Shown piece by piece: positions 6,934 through 15,791 of a stretch of DNA of 64,000 nucleotides; the stretch's first letter is position 1; every line of letters begins with the position of its first letter. This stretch comes from Candidatus Marsarchaeota archaeon (GTDB taxonomy: Archaea; Micrarchaeota; Micrarchaeia; Micrarchaeales; Micrarchaeaceae). Made by a program: the position numbers and the translations under genes. A model generated the notes under the pieces. It did not search any database, was not told where the DNA came from, and saw only the letters and a list, made by a program, of their open reading frames with translations. The stretch spans positions 932-64,931 of the forward strand of contig JAMCYW010000015.1 of NCBI GenBank assembly GCA_023473255.1. Direction: 5' to 3'.

Positions 6934-7075
6934 GCCAAATCGGCAATAATATACTGGCCTTAAAATATAAAAAGGTTTCCTTTAATACACATATATGTAG
7001 AAGTATATAAATAGTTTTACTATGATAAAAGTATGCAAAAGATGCGCATTTGCCAGCGCCGTAAAAATTGGCTAG

Positions 7076-7106
7076 GCTTGCAAAAGCAGGCACTGTTCCT
7101 GGGGTA
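7076..7106 (+). repeat. Hairpin-plus-tail motif, copy B (GCTTGC-AAAA-GCAGGC-ACTGTTCCTGGGGTA)
   Basis: 6-bp stem (one G-U) plus a tail matching copy A at 12 of 15 positions; ends 6 nt before ATG 7112. Confidence 0.45.
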
Positions 7107-7111
7107 ATAAG

Positions 7112-7399
7112 ATGAAGTGCAAGCGTACTGCGAAGTACCACAAAAATAAACTCTATGGATGCATAGAAGCACTGACAAGGGATGCAAACATTGCATGCAG
7201 CATGGACCTGATGAAGGACGAAAAGGAGCTTGAGCAGTCCGATGAAAAATTCAGCAGGGAAGTAGCAAAGATAACTGAGGACCTGATCAACTTAAGGAAG
7301 CTGTCAGAGGGCCTAAAACTCGCAGGCAAAGAGGCAAGGTACACTGTGGCTATAGAGCTGAAAAGCGATGAAATAACCTACAGTGTAACCTCAAGCTGA
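7112..7399 (+). CDS. Hypothetical small protein (possibly starting at an internal Met)
   Basis: ORF-track ORF followed by a long T-rich tract; charged coiled-coil-like sequence, no recognisable motif. Confidence 0.35.
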   Translation: MKCKRTAKYHKNKLYGCIEALTRDANIACSMDLMKDEKELEQSDEKFSREVAKITEDLINLRKLSEGLKLAGKEARYTVAIELKSDEITYSVTSS

Positions 7400-7420
7400 T
7401 GCATCTGGAACGCCAAATCG

Positions 7421-7450
7421 TTTATTTTTTCTTTTTTTTCTTTTTGTTTT
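7421..7450 (+). terminator. T-rich tract (archaeal oligo-T terminator candidate)
   Basis: TTTATTTTTTCTTTTTTTTCTTTTTGTTTT about 20 nt after stop 7399. Confidence 0.4.
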
Positions 7451-7495
7451 CAATTTTGAAAAGCATATTAATCCTGATGTGCAGTTATAAGGCAT

Positions 7496-8056
7496 ATGCT
7501 AGACAAGATAAAGCTAAAGGGATGCGCTTCGGTATACGGCCCGCTGGAAGACTCATACCTGATGGCAGAGCAGGTTGAGAAATATGCGTTTGGAAGCGTT
7601 CTTGATCTGGGCACAGGCACAGGAATCAGCGGCATAGCCGCTGCGCTTAAGGGGTGCAATGTAACGTTTGCAGACATTGATTCTAATGCAATAAGGTGCG
7701 CAAAGGAAAATGCAACAGCAAACGGGGTTTCCGGAAATTTCATAGAAAGCGACATGTTCGAAAGCATAAATGGAAAATTCAACACCATAGTATTTAATCC
7801 TCCCTACCTTGAATCTGCAAGGGTGGCTGAAAGGGACATGGCTCTTGACGGAGGTGCAAGCGGCCGCGAACTCATAGACAAGTTTCTTAAAGAGTATCCG
7901 GGCTTCATAGAAAATGAGTACGTGGTGTTGCTGCTTGAGAGCTCAATAAACGGATATGAAGCAGATGTCAAACGCCATAACTTCAAAGTAGTTGCAAAGG
8001 AGCACTTTTTTTTCGAGGAGATTGCCGTGCTTAAGGCATCGTCAGGTATTTATTAA
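7496..8056 (+). CDS. HemK/Mtq2-like SAM-dependent methyltransferase (NPPY motif)
   Basis: VLDLGTGTGISG (motif I) followed by IVFNPPYL (motif IV). Size and motif order match archaeal HemK-related glutamine/adenine-N methyltransferases. Confidence 0.75.
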   Translation: MLDKIKLKGCASVYGPLEDSYLMAEQVEKYAFGSVLDLGTGTGISGIAAALKGCNVTFADIDSNAIRCAKENATANGVSGNFIESDMFESINGKFNTIVFNPPYLESARVAERDMALDGGASGRELIDKFLKEYPGFIENEYVVLLLESSINGYEADVKRHNFKVVAKEHFFFEEIAVLKASSGIY

Positions 8057-8084
8057 TTAAATTTAAAAATATGCATGCGATACT

Positions 8085-8567
8085 ATGGAATTTGATATTG
8101 TTGATATAGAGAAAGGCGAAGATGTGCAATGCATAGTAGGGCATGCAGGCTTTATCAAGACTACTGAAGACTTATACGAAGCAATGATGAATGCATGCCC
8201 AACGCTCAAATTCGGGATAGGGTTTGTCGAAGCAAGCGGGCCGCGGCTTGTAAGGGGCGAAGGCAATAATCACGAACTGGAAGAGCTCGCCAAGAAGAAT
8301 GCATTTGCAATAGGTGCAGGGCATTCGTTCGTAATACTATTCAAAGGGGCATTCCCAATAAACGTGTCTAATGCAATAAAGTATGTTCCAGAAGTGTCTA
8401 GGATTTTTTGTGCAACTGCGAATCCTGTGCAGGTCATAATAGGCAAAACAAATAACGGCAAGTCAATATTGGGAATAGTGGATGGAGGTGCAGCAACAGG
8501 CATAGAATCCAGTTCTGATAAGAAGGGAAGGAGGGAGTTCCTTAGGGAGATAGGATACAAGCTGTGA
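8085..8567 (+). CDS. Adenosine-specific kinase family protein (PF04008-like)
   Basis: FIKTTEDLYEA...KFGIGFVEASGPRLVRGEGN...GAGHSFVILF...INVSNAIKYVPEVSRIFCATANP matches my memory of this conserved archaeal family. Confidence 0.7.
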   Translation: MEFDIVDIEKGEDVQCIVGHAGFIKTTEDLYEAMMNACPTLKFGIGFVEASGPRLVRGEGNNHELEELAKKNAFAIGAGHSFVILFKGAFPINVSNAIKYVPEVSRIFCATANPVQVIIGKTNNGKSILGIVDGGAATGIESSSDKKGRREFLREIGYKL

Positions 8568-8568
8568 A

Positions 8569-10239
8569 CTATTTTATGCATAGCTTACCTTTAGAAATGA
8601 GTGCATAAAACAGAACAATTGCGGCAATGAACGCCGCAAACGCTGCGACGAATAGGTAAACGGTGCTGTCATTTATGTATAAAGGCAAGGTTGTCGTAGA
8701 ATTAGTCGTGTTTACTGCAGTGTGCGTCTGATTCTCTGAAGTGGGTGTGCCATTATAAAATGCCGTCCCGCTGTAAGTAATCTCAGAGTTTTTGCTAATT
8801 ATTGCATTCGCCTTACTATAGCCATAAAACGAAACGTTAGACAGCCTAAGGCTTGATTGGGTTGCATTAACTGCAATGTTGGTAAATGCGTTGGCATAAA
8901 AGGAGCTATCCGATATGCTTGCATTTTTGGCATTTTTCAACAGCAATCCATTTCCGTGTATGTTGCAATCCTTGATGGTGAGATTGTCAGAGCCTATGCC
9001 GAATATGCTCTGGTTTGTGGAATTTATCCTGCCGCCGTTGCAGTCCAGAGTGACGTTATTTGCATATATAGTCAGGGCATTTTCACAGGTTATCTCAGAT
9101 GTAGTGAATGTGTTTAGCAAATGCAAGCTGCCGTACGCCAATGTATAATACCCTGAATTTGTTATTGGCACCTCGTTCTGGGTGCAATACGAAATCCCTA
9201 TCGAATACGTTTCCGTAGTTGAGTTGTCCTGCTCCATCGCAGATGGGGATTTTAGCACGCCTATAGTCTCATGTATCCCAGGGGTCTGTATGCCCCTGTC
9301 GAAATGTATGGTCTCATTTGTGACATTGTGCACAATGTCAATTATATTTCCATTTGGATCTACCTGATACCCGCTCCACAAATAAGCAGTCATGTTTGGC
9401 GCGTGGCTGTATTTCACTATTGTGTAATTCCAATAGACATTTGTATTGTCAGGCAGCTGTGCCTCCTCTACCATATCCGGTTTTATGTATGTCGGCGTGT
9501 AATTCATGTTGCCTGTAATGTTGAAGACTTTGAACGAGAGTATGTCATGCCCCCAAAAAGGGATTATAATCCAATATGGATTGAAACTCAAGACCTTATT
9601 TCTGTATATCTGCTTAACGTCGAGAAGGAAATGCGTATTTAAATGGCCGAGGCCCATTGGCGTTATAACCCCGAACCTAGGCAGAGGGATGCCATATACA
9701 TTCGATATGTTCTCTATCATGCTGAAATTAAGGTTTTGAAGCCCAGCTGCAACCCTGTTTTTCAATACTATGCTGTATGGAAATATGCCTATGAACCCTT
9801 CAGGGGCTGGAAATCCAGACATATTCAAAGATACGAAGTTGAAGAAATATCCTATTGCTATATTGGATCTGTTGCCATAGAAGCCAAGCGAATAATTTCC
9901 GTATGGGCTAGCAAGGTTGTTTGAAGCGTTTTTAAGGCTCAATATGCGCGAGTTGGAAAAGGTGCAGTTGTATAGTGTATTGTTGTATGTGTTCTGCCCG
10001 AACGTCACATTACCCACCAAATCGCTGCGGCTGCAATAAAAGCTGGAATTATATGCATGAGAAAAATTTAATGACATAAGGCTGCAGCTGGCGTTGTAAT
10101 ATAAAGACGCATTAGAATCTGCGGCGCCAATATTTAAACTGCATCTTCCTTGCGTAGCTGCGAAAGCCGTGCCCTGAAAAGCCGCAAACGCTACTATTGC
10201 CGCGAGTGCCATGTATGCTACAGAAAGCCTATTTTTCAT
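8569..10239 (-). CDS. Exported beta-helix (PbH1/NosD-like repeat) glycoprotein with C-terminal membrane anchor
   Basis: Signal-peptide-like N-terminus, C-terminal TM helix, repeats such as CNIHGNGLLLKNAKNASISDSSFYANAFTNIAVNAT. 32 N-x-S/T sequons in 556 aa by hand count. Confidence 0.7.
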   Translation of the reverse strand: MKNRLSVAYMALAAIVAFAAFQGTAFAATQGRCSLNIGAADSNASLYYNASCSLMSLNFSHAYNSSFYCSRSDLVGNVTFGQNTYNNTLYNCTFSNSRILSLKNASNNLASPYGNYSLGFYGNRSNIAIGYFFNFVSLNMSGFPAPEGFIGIFPYSIVLKNRVAAGLQNLNFSMIENISNVYGIPLPRFGVITPMGLGHLNTHFLLDVKQIYRNKVLSFNPYWIIIPFWGHDILSFKVFNITGNMNYTPTYIKPDMVEEAQLPDNTNVYWNYTIVKYSHAPNMTAYLWSGYQVDPNGNIIDIVHNVTNETIHFDRGIQTPGIHETIGVLKSPSAMEQDNSTTETYSIGISYCTQNEVPITNSGYYTLAYGSLHLLNTFTTSEITCENALTIYANNVTLDCNGGRINSTNQSIFGIGSDNLTIKDCNIHGNGLLLKNAKNASISDSSFYANAFTNIAVNATQSSLRLSNVSFYGYSKANAIISKNSEITYSGTAFYNGTPTSENQTHTAVNTTNSTTTLPLYINDSTVYLFVAAFAAFIAAIVLFYALISKGKLCIK

Positions 10240-10243
10240 AATA

Positions 10244-11899
10244 TCATTTTATATAATATATATTTGTAGGTTTGTCAGGCAGCTCCGGGCCCTCATTTTT
10301 TATAAAGAATTGCGGAATGCCTGTCGGTGGGCTATCATTGAATATGTCTACCCAATTTGAGCATAGTGGCGGGCCTGACCAGACTGCATAGCTTCCAGAT
10401 ATGAATACGCTGCAGTTTGTTTTGTTGTTTACCTGCGAATTTACTAGATCGGTCGAAGGATCACCAATATAAGACGGGAATTCAGACCCGGTATAAGAGA
10501 GCGAAGCAACCCCGTAAAGCGCATCCACATATATCATAGCGTTATGATTCACCGTGCTGTTATACCTGAGGTAATTGGCCGGCTGTATCGCAAGGCTTTG
10601 TGGATATATATCCCAATAATACCAGAAGTATGATATAGTAAGGTTTTGGGTATAAAGAACGCCCAATATCGCAAAGAGTATTATGGCATTGATGGCAAGC
10701 AGGCGCTTGTTTCTGACCTCTATTAGCTTAGTCAGGCCTATGCCTATTATTGCGCAAAGAGGAACGCTAAATACCATCAAGAACCTGCCTAATCTATATG
10801 CAGGTATGTATATGATATGCAGCGGATTCAGGCTCAGCCCTACGTGCATAGGCCCGAATTCCATGAATAAAAGCATAAACAGGAACCAGAACGCGATGAA
10901 GAAGACCCTTTTTTCCCTGAATATCAAAAGCAATGCCAGTATCGGCACCACAAGGTAAAAATACAAGCCATAATCCGAATCTGCAGGCATCCTGTATATT
11001 GAAGCAAAGATATTGCTGAATATATTGGATAGATTGCTATGCAATATCGTTTGAATGAATAAATAAGGGAACATCATGTCAGGATAAAAGTTAAGGTTCA
11101 CATTTGTGCTTGGTATTGTCGGCAATCCTCCTACCTTGGCGCCTACTGCGCTATAAAATCCTAGATTCCTGGTTATTGTTATGAATGGCAAACCGGCATT
11201 CCATGCGCTGAATACGAATGTTATAAGGAATGCTATCGCTATCCCGTAAATGAACATTATGCTTACTCTGTTGATGGTCAGTTTTTTTGTCAATAGCCTT
11301 ATTATTATATAAAATATCAGAAATGCGATAACGACGCCAGCCTCGTAGCTTATCAACCATGAGGCTACCAAAAGCATGCCGCTCGCAAAGAAATATTTTC
11401 TCTGCCCGAATTTTTCGCCGTAAATAAAAAGCAGTATAGCCAGAGAGCCTATAAAGCAAAGCGCAGGATCTTCGCCAACCGTTACTCCGAACTTTGTCAG
11501 AAGCGGAAATATGCTTGCTATGAAGGCACTCATAAGCGCAGCTTTATCATTATAAAAAAGTTTCACCAGGTAAAATACCACCAGGATTATGCCTAAATAA
11601 GAGATTATGTCCCATAGCGAAGATGTGAGCGTATTGACGCCAAAGAGTTCATAGAACAAGGCTATTGGCCCGAACTGCATGAGCCTCAGTGAAAAGATGT
11701 ATCCGGGGCTAAGGTGGTAATTTCCGTTGACAACTGAGCTTGCCAGGTACAGGTAGTTCGGATCGTCTCCATAGAGGCTAGGGCCTTCATAATGCGTGAA
11801 ACCATAATGTGCTGCGTTAAGCAGTATCAGGAAAAGCATTCCGTATACTAAATAGGAGCGTTTTATCCCGAAAATACTGTCGCTTTTGGCTGACTTCAT
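10244..11899 (-). CDS. Polytopic GT-C-fold glycosyltransferase (ArnT/PMT/STT3-like)
   Basis: More than 10 predicted TM helices; acidic first-loop motif YGDDPNYLYLA; short C-terminal soluble domain beginning WYYWDIY. Family assignment within GT-C not resolved. Confidence 0.65.
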   Translation of the reverse strand: MKSAKSDSIFGIKRSYLVYGMLFLILLNAAHYGFTHYEGPSLYGDDPNYLYLASSVVNGNYHLSPGYIFSLRLMQFGPIALFYELFGVNTLTSSLWDIISYLGIILVVFYLVKLFYNDKAALMSAFIASIFPLLTKFGVTVGEDPALCFIGSLAILLFIYGEKFGQRKYFFASGMLLVASWLISYEAGVVIAFLIFYIIIRLLTKKLTINRVSIMFIYGIAIAFLITFVFSAWNAGLPFITITRNLGFYSAVGAKVGGLPTIPSTNVNLNFYPDMMFPYLFIQTILHSNLSNIFSNIFASIYRMPADSDYGLYFYLVVPILALLLIFREKRVFFIAFWFLFMLLFMEFGPMHVGLSLNPLHIIYIPAYRLGRFLMVFSVPLCAIIGIGLTKLIEVRNKRLLAINAIILFAILGVLYTQNLTISYFWYYWDIYPQSLAIQPANYLRYNSTVNHNAMIYVDALYGVASLSYTGSEFPSYIGDPSTDLVNSQVNNKTNCSVFISGSYAVWSGPPLCSNWVDIFNDSPPTGIPQFFIKNEGPELPDKPTNIYYIK

Positions 11900-12618
11900 T
11901 GCACCACCAATTCTTTGCAGGTTCTAGATATATAATTGATTACAGACGAGTTGCTCAAATCTGTCCTGTTGTATGTAAGGCGGTTGAAGACATTGGGCCA
12001 GTCTGTATAATTACTGTATACCAAGAATGTACCTCCACAAAATATCCACTGCTTTCCTGAAGCGTTTACTGTGGGTGCCACATTAACTACAGTTTCAGTA
12101 TAATTATGCGGGTTGTATCCTTCTGGAGTAGTTATGTATGGGTTCTTCGATATTGTAAAATAATCAGTCACATTTGGCCTATTGTTATAAACGAGCATGT
12201 CTTCTGCACCCTTCTGGTAAAATCCAAAGTAATTCAGCTGTACCACATGGTCTAGAAATGCACTTGCATTGTAAACGCCAAAATTGAATGTGCCATTGTA
12301 TAATACGCTGAGGGTGATATTGCTTCCAGGCGTTGCATTGCTCTCTGACAAGTTTATTGCAATGTTTCTAATCCCATATATTTCAATGGTCTTGTAAAAT
12401 TTACCTGTACTTATGCTTGTAAGGTTCTCATAAGTCAGATTTTTTAAAGTTGCCCTGTCTGGATACAATGGCACATTGTTATGCGTTATTGCAACCGCAC
12501 CGCTTCCAAAATGCAGGTGCATAGTGGCCAGCACAAGCAGCACAATAAGCACGGCTACTGCAAGGTTTGCTATAATAAAGGTTCTATCCTCCCTTATGTT
12601 CCATTTGTGCCTCGACAT
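11896..12618 (-). CDS. N-terminally anchored extracytoplasmic protein, sequon-rich
   Basis: Single N-terminal TM helix (FIIANLAVAVLIVLLVLA), many N-x-S/T; 4-nt overlap with the GT-C gene. Confidence 0.65.
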   Translation of the reverse strand: MSRHKWNIREDRTFIIANLAVAVLIVLLVLATMHLHFGSGAVAITHNNVPLYPDRATLKNLTYENLTSISTGKFYKTIEIYGIRNIAINLSESNATPGSNITLSVLYNGTFNFGVYNASAFLDHVVQLNYFGFYQKGAEDMLVYNNRPNVTDYFTISKNPYITTPEGYNPHNYTETVVNVAPTVNASGKQWIFCGGTFLVYSNYTDWPNVFNRLTYNRTDLSNSSVINYISRTCKELVVQ

Positions 12619-12637
12619 TATACTACCTATCTACTGC

Positions 12638-13177
12638 CTATCCGTACAAAGCAGTCTCAGTTATGGTCCCGTTGGCTCCAGTATCTACAATTATTGTTTT
12701 ATTCACAAGCAATATAAAATTAGGTGTTGTATACGGGCATATCACCCCAGGGTAGCATCGCGGCCCCATTGTGCCATGAAGGGATATGCTATAAGGGGAA
12801 TACGGCTTTAGGCCAGTAAAAACGAATGTGCGCTCCTGCATCATCAAGGCAGGCAGAGCCGAATTTTGAGCCAAAGCATTATACGCAAGCGACTGATCCG
12901 AGATGGCAAACGTATTGTGCGCGCCAGTGCCATTGATGCTCAAAGAAAGATTGTAATAAAAAGAAGCGCCTATAAGTAGGTAAGCCGATATTGATGCGTT
13001 TCCATAAGGCCTATAGACTATTCTGGTAGCATTCAAAGCGGCGCCAAGCTGCGAGTACACATGATTTATGTATACGTATGCATACATTATGACTACCGCA
13101 AGCATTATCAGCATTGCCAATATCATTATGGGCATGTATGCGTACCGGCTGCCTTGTCCTGCCTTCGTGCGCGCCAT
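12638..13177 (-). CDS. N-terminally anchored extracytoplasmic protein, sequon-rich
   Basis: N-terminal TM helix (MPIMILAMLIMLAVVIMYAYVYI); first gene of the 13177-to-8569 minus-strand cluster. Confidence 0.6.
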   Translation of the reverse strand: MARTKAGQGSRYAYMPIMILAMLIMLAVVIMYAYVYINHVYSQLGAALNATRIVYRPYGNASISAYLLIGASFYYNLSLSINGTGAHNTFAISDQSLAYNALAQNSALPALMMQERTFVFTGLKPYSPYSISLHGTMGPRCYPGVICPYTTPNFILLVNKTIIVDTGANGTITETALYG

Positions 13178-13381
13178 GCATTATATGCTCAGCAATGTTT
13201 TAAAATATGATGCGGACTGCGATAAAAAGAAAAGCACACGCGCAAATAAACTCCTGGTCACTGCCCTGCCTATTAGCGTAAACAAAAATAGCGATACTGT
13301 TTTTTGACTGCCTATCGGCGCTGAAGGAAAACAGCAAAAATAAATATCTATTCGAACACATCTAAAAGCAGTCATATGTGA

Positions 13382-14305
13382 TTGCGAATGTCTGCATATT
13401 TGTCGAAGATAATGCCTGACAAGGAGCTCAGTGAGAGCTACTCATATATGGAGTACAAATATTGTATAAAGAAAATCAATTCGCTTATGCGTATGGCTTC
13501 AGATTTCGAGCTTAAAATCAATATGCTTGAACAATATGGGTCACTTCAAGAAAACGATAAACCTTGTGTGGACCCCAAATCCGCAATAGAAAACTCAAAA
13601 GTTCGAATAGAATCGCTTTTGGAGGATTTGAAAAATGTTGAAGATCATATCATCAAAAAGAGCAGGAAAGAGGATAGCCTTGCCATATTCGAATTAAGCG
13701 AAATACAAGATGCGATATCAGAAATAAGGCATTTCATATTATCTACCAACCACCAGGTAAATTACGGCATGATGCTGCGAAATCCAATCAGTGAAGCCTT
13801 AGATTTAAGGAAGATGCCGCTTCCTCCGAGCGAAGAAGCAAAGCTCAGCAATGCCAGAATAACTGATATCTTTAACATAGATTCGTTAATCAAACGCAAT
13901 AAAAATGACGTAATGCAGTTTAGCGAAATAAACAAAGGGGCAATGGATGGAGAAATCCAGATACTGGTGGGCCCAGACGATATGCCCATATACGGAATAA
14001 GGCGCTACGTATACCTAAAATCGAACGAGGCTTCGAGCTACTACTACCGCATATACTTAGGAAAAACGGATTTTTACTCTATGGTTGATAAAATAAATTC
14101 AGAGCTTGCATTACAAAGCACAGTATGGACCGGGCCTAATACTGCTGTGAAAATCGATGATATAAAGCTAAAGGATTACTACGAGCAAGGCATACTTGAA
14201 ATCTTCTACCAAGGCTCAGATTCAAAGACTGAGGGCATAAAGCATAGCTTGGTTAAAGGGCTCAGCGAGTATGCAATAACTAATTTTGAATTTGATATGT
14301 TTTAG
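13382..14305 (+). CDS. Hypothetical protein (307 aa)
   Basis: Long ORF with no recognisable motif. ORF-track start is TTG; ATG at 13388 is an alternative. Confidence 0.5.
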   Translation: MRMSAYLSKIMPDKELSESYSYMEYKYCIKKINSLMRMASDFELKINMLEQYGSLQENDKPCVDPKSAIENSKVRIESLLEDLKNVEDHIIKKSRKEDSLAIFELSEIQDAISEIRHFILSTNHQVNYGMMLRNPISEALDLRKMPLPPSEEAKLSNARITDIFNIDSLIKRNKNDVMQFSEINKGAMDGEIQILVGPDDMPIYGIRRYVYLKSNEASSYYYRIYLGKTDFYSMVDKINSELALQSTVWTGPNTAVKIDDIKLKDYYEQGILEIFYQGSDSKTEGIKHSLVKGLSEYAITNFEFDMF

Positions 14306-14405
14306 CTATGCCAAGGATGCAAAATCATCAATGCCTAAGCGCTAAGGGCTAAAAGCACGAGCTCTACATATCAAACGCATGCACTAATGCAAGAGGTGCA
14401 TCGCC

Positions 14406-15572
14406 CTAATAATCGGTCAATTTCTTCATACTGCGCTTGTCCTTTTTCGATATAAGCAGAGGCATGGTCAGGGACAGCAATATGGTGCCAAATATGATTA
14501 TGGAATACATGCTATTGGTTATGAGCCCAGATGTGAACGCTACGCTGCCTATGGTCACTCCTACTGCACCCCTGCTGCCTATTATGCCGGTTCCGGTAGA
14601 TGCCATTATTTTTTTGAATATACGCTTTCCCAGCAGAAATGTTACCATGCTAAATAATCCCACTATCGCAAGCGCAACTACCAGCATCTCCAGATACTTA
14701 CCCTCTGGGAATATTGTGCTAAGTCCTGCAATGCTGAAGAACAAAGGTATAAAAAAGCTGTAATTTATCCTCTTAAACGTCCTAGATACTCTGTTGTAGA
14801 AGTGCCTGCCCATTATTGCATCATATATCAGCATGCCTGCAAAGAACGCGCCAAGCACATATGTTATCCCTATCAGTTGGAAGACCGACGCAAAGACCAA
14901 TCCTGCAACTATTATGAGCCCGAACGTTATCCTTTCGCCGCTATTGCTGAGGCTCATCCTGTTGAAGAACTTCCTTATGTAAAATGCATGCTTCTTTATA
15001 AGCGAATCGATTGCAAAAAGCGCTATAAGCACCAACACCAACGATATAATTATCAGCATTGCGTTGCTCCTGTTGCTGAGTATTGCAAGAATGGAAAATG
15101 CTATTATATCGCTTGCTACAGTGCTGGCTATTATTATCGATCCATCTTGGTATTTCAATAGCCTGTATTTGAGCACCAGAACCGATATTATAGAAATTGA
15201 CGGTATCCCAACTGCAATTGCAGTTATCATGCTGCTTACTGCGCCAAAATGGAATCCGTAAATGAATATCAATGCCATCATGACGGACGGCAAAGCAAAT
15301 CCTGTAATCGTAAAAAGGCTGTATTTTCCAACATTTTTTGTTATCAGGTCTGTTGTTACCTCTATGCCTATGAGCAATATTATGAAGAACAGTGAAATTT
15401 CCGATATGGCACCAAGTTCAGGGTTTGGAGCTATGATTCCGAATATTGCTGGACCAAGCATCAACCCCGCAATTATGTTGCCAATTATGCCTGGAAAACC
15501 CAATCTTTCAAAGAGCTCTCCGATTATCAGCGATATGCCAAGCAATAGGAGCAGCTCGATTATTATCTGCAT
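14406..15572 (-). CDS. Cation:proton antiporter (CPA2 / Kef-NapA type)
   Basis: N-terminus LLLLGISLIIGELFERLGFPGIIGNIIAGLMLGP is typical of the Na_H_Exchanger family; about 11-12 TM helices. Confidence 0.8.
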   Translation of the reverse strand: MQIIIELLLLLGISLIIGELFERLGFPGIIGNIIAGLMLGPAIFGIIAPNPELGAISEISLFFIILLIGIEVTTDLITKNVGKYSLFTITGFALPSVMMALIFIYGFHFGAVSSMITAIAVGIPSISIISVLVLKYRLLKYQDGSIIIASTVASDIIAFSILAILSNRSNAMLIIISLVLVLIALFAIDSLIKKHAFYIRKFFNRMSLSNSGERITFGLIIVAGLVFASVFQLIGITYVLGAFFAGMLIYDAIMGRHFYNRVSRTFKRINYSFFIPLFFSIAGLSTIFPEGKYLEMLVVALAIVGLFSMVTFLLGKRIFKKIMASTGTGIIGSRGAVGVTIGSVAFTSGLITNSMYSIIIFGTILLSLTMPLLISKKDKRSMKKLTDY

Positions 15573-15620
15573 AGTTAAATTCCCTCATTAATCAATAAAA
15601 AGACACACTCTTTTCTGATT

Positions 15621-15746
15621 CGCCAGGGTAGGGATTTGAACCCTAAAGCCCTTGCGGGCACCGGTTGCCTTGTTATGCATCACTGATCAGCTCTTGATGA
15701 CTTAAAATCTCAAGACCGGCGCAATACCGGTTTCTGCCACCCTGGC
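15621..15746 (-). tRNA. tRNA-Ser (anticodon UGA) with a 42-nt intron at the canonical 37/38 position
   Basis: GCCAGGG...CCGGT-CTTGAG[42-nt intron]A-ACCGG, long variable arm TGCCCGCAAGGGCTT, T arm TAGGG-TTCAAAT-CCCTA, acceptor CCCTGGC, discriminator G. The intron 3' end CAAG can pair with anticodon-loop CUUG (BHB-like). Confidence 0.85.
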
Positions 15747-15791
15747 ATGGCATTCTACTATATTGCACAATAATTTATAAAAGGTGTCTAG

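Noticed and set aside
6478-7141. ORFs 6478..6909 and 6812..7141 (minus), plus the N-terminal 25 codons of ORF 5580..6767
   Set aside because: They run straight through the 5S rRNA gene and its promoter. The 5S identification is much stronger than these ORFs.
10244-11899. Outright annotation of the GT-C protein as the oligosaccharyltransferase AglB
   Set aside because: WYYWDIY is only a loose match to WWDYG. I could not identify DK/MI motifs, and the first-loop motif is equally compatible with PMT/ArnT enzymes. Kept as a hypothesis in the findings, not as a call.
12638-13177. Class III (type IV pilin-like) signal peptide in MARTKAGQGSRYAYMPIMIL...
   Set aside because: A KAG-Q motif is present, but charged and polar residues (SRYAY) separate it from the hydrophobic stretch. 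In genuine archaeal pilin or archaellin signal peptides the stretch follows immediately.
15657-15698. Possible C/D-box sRNA inside the tRNA-Ser intron (GUGAUGC and CUGA present)
   Set aside because: The box order is wrong (CUGA precedes the C-like box). The 42-nt intron is too short for a C/D guide, and there is no second box pair.
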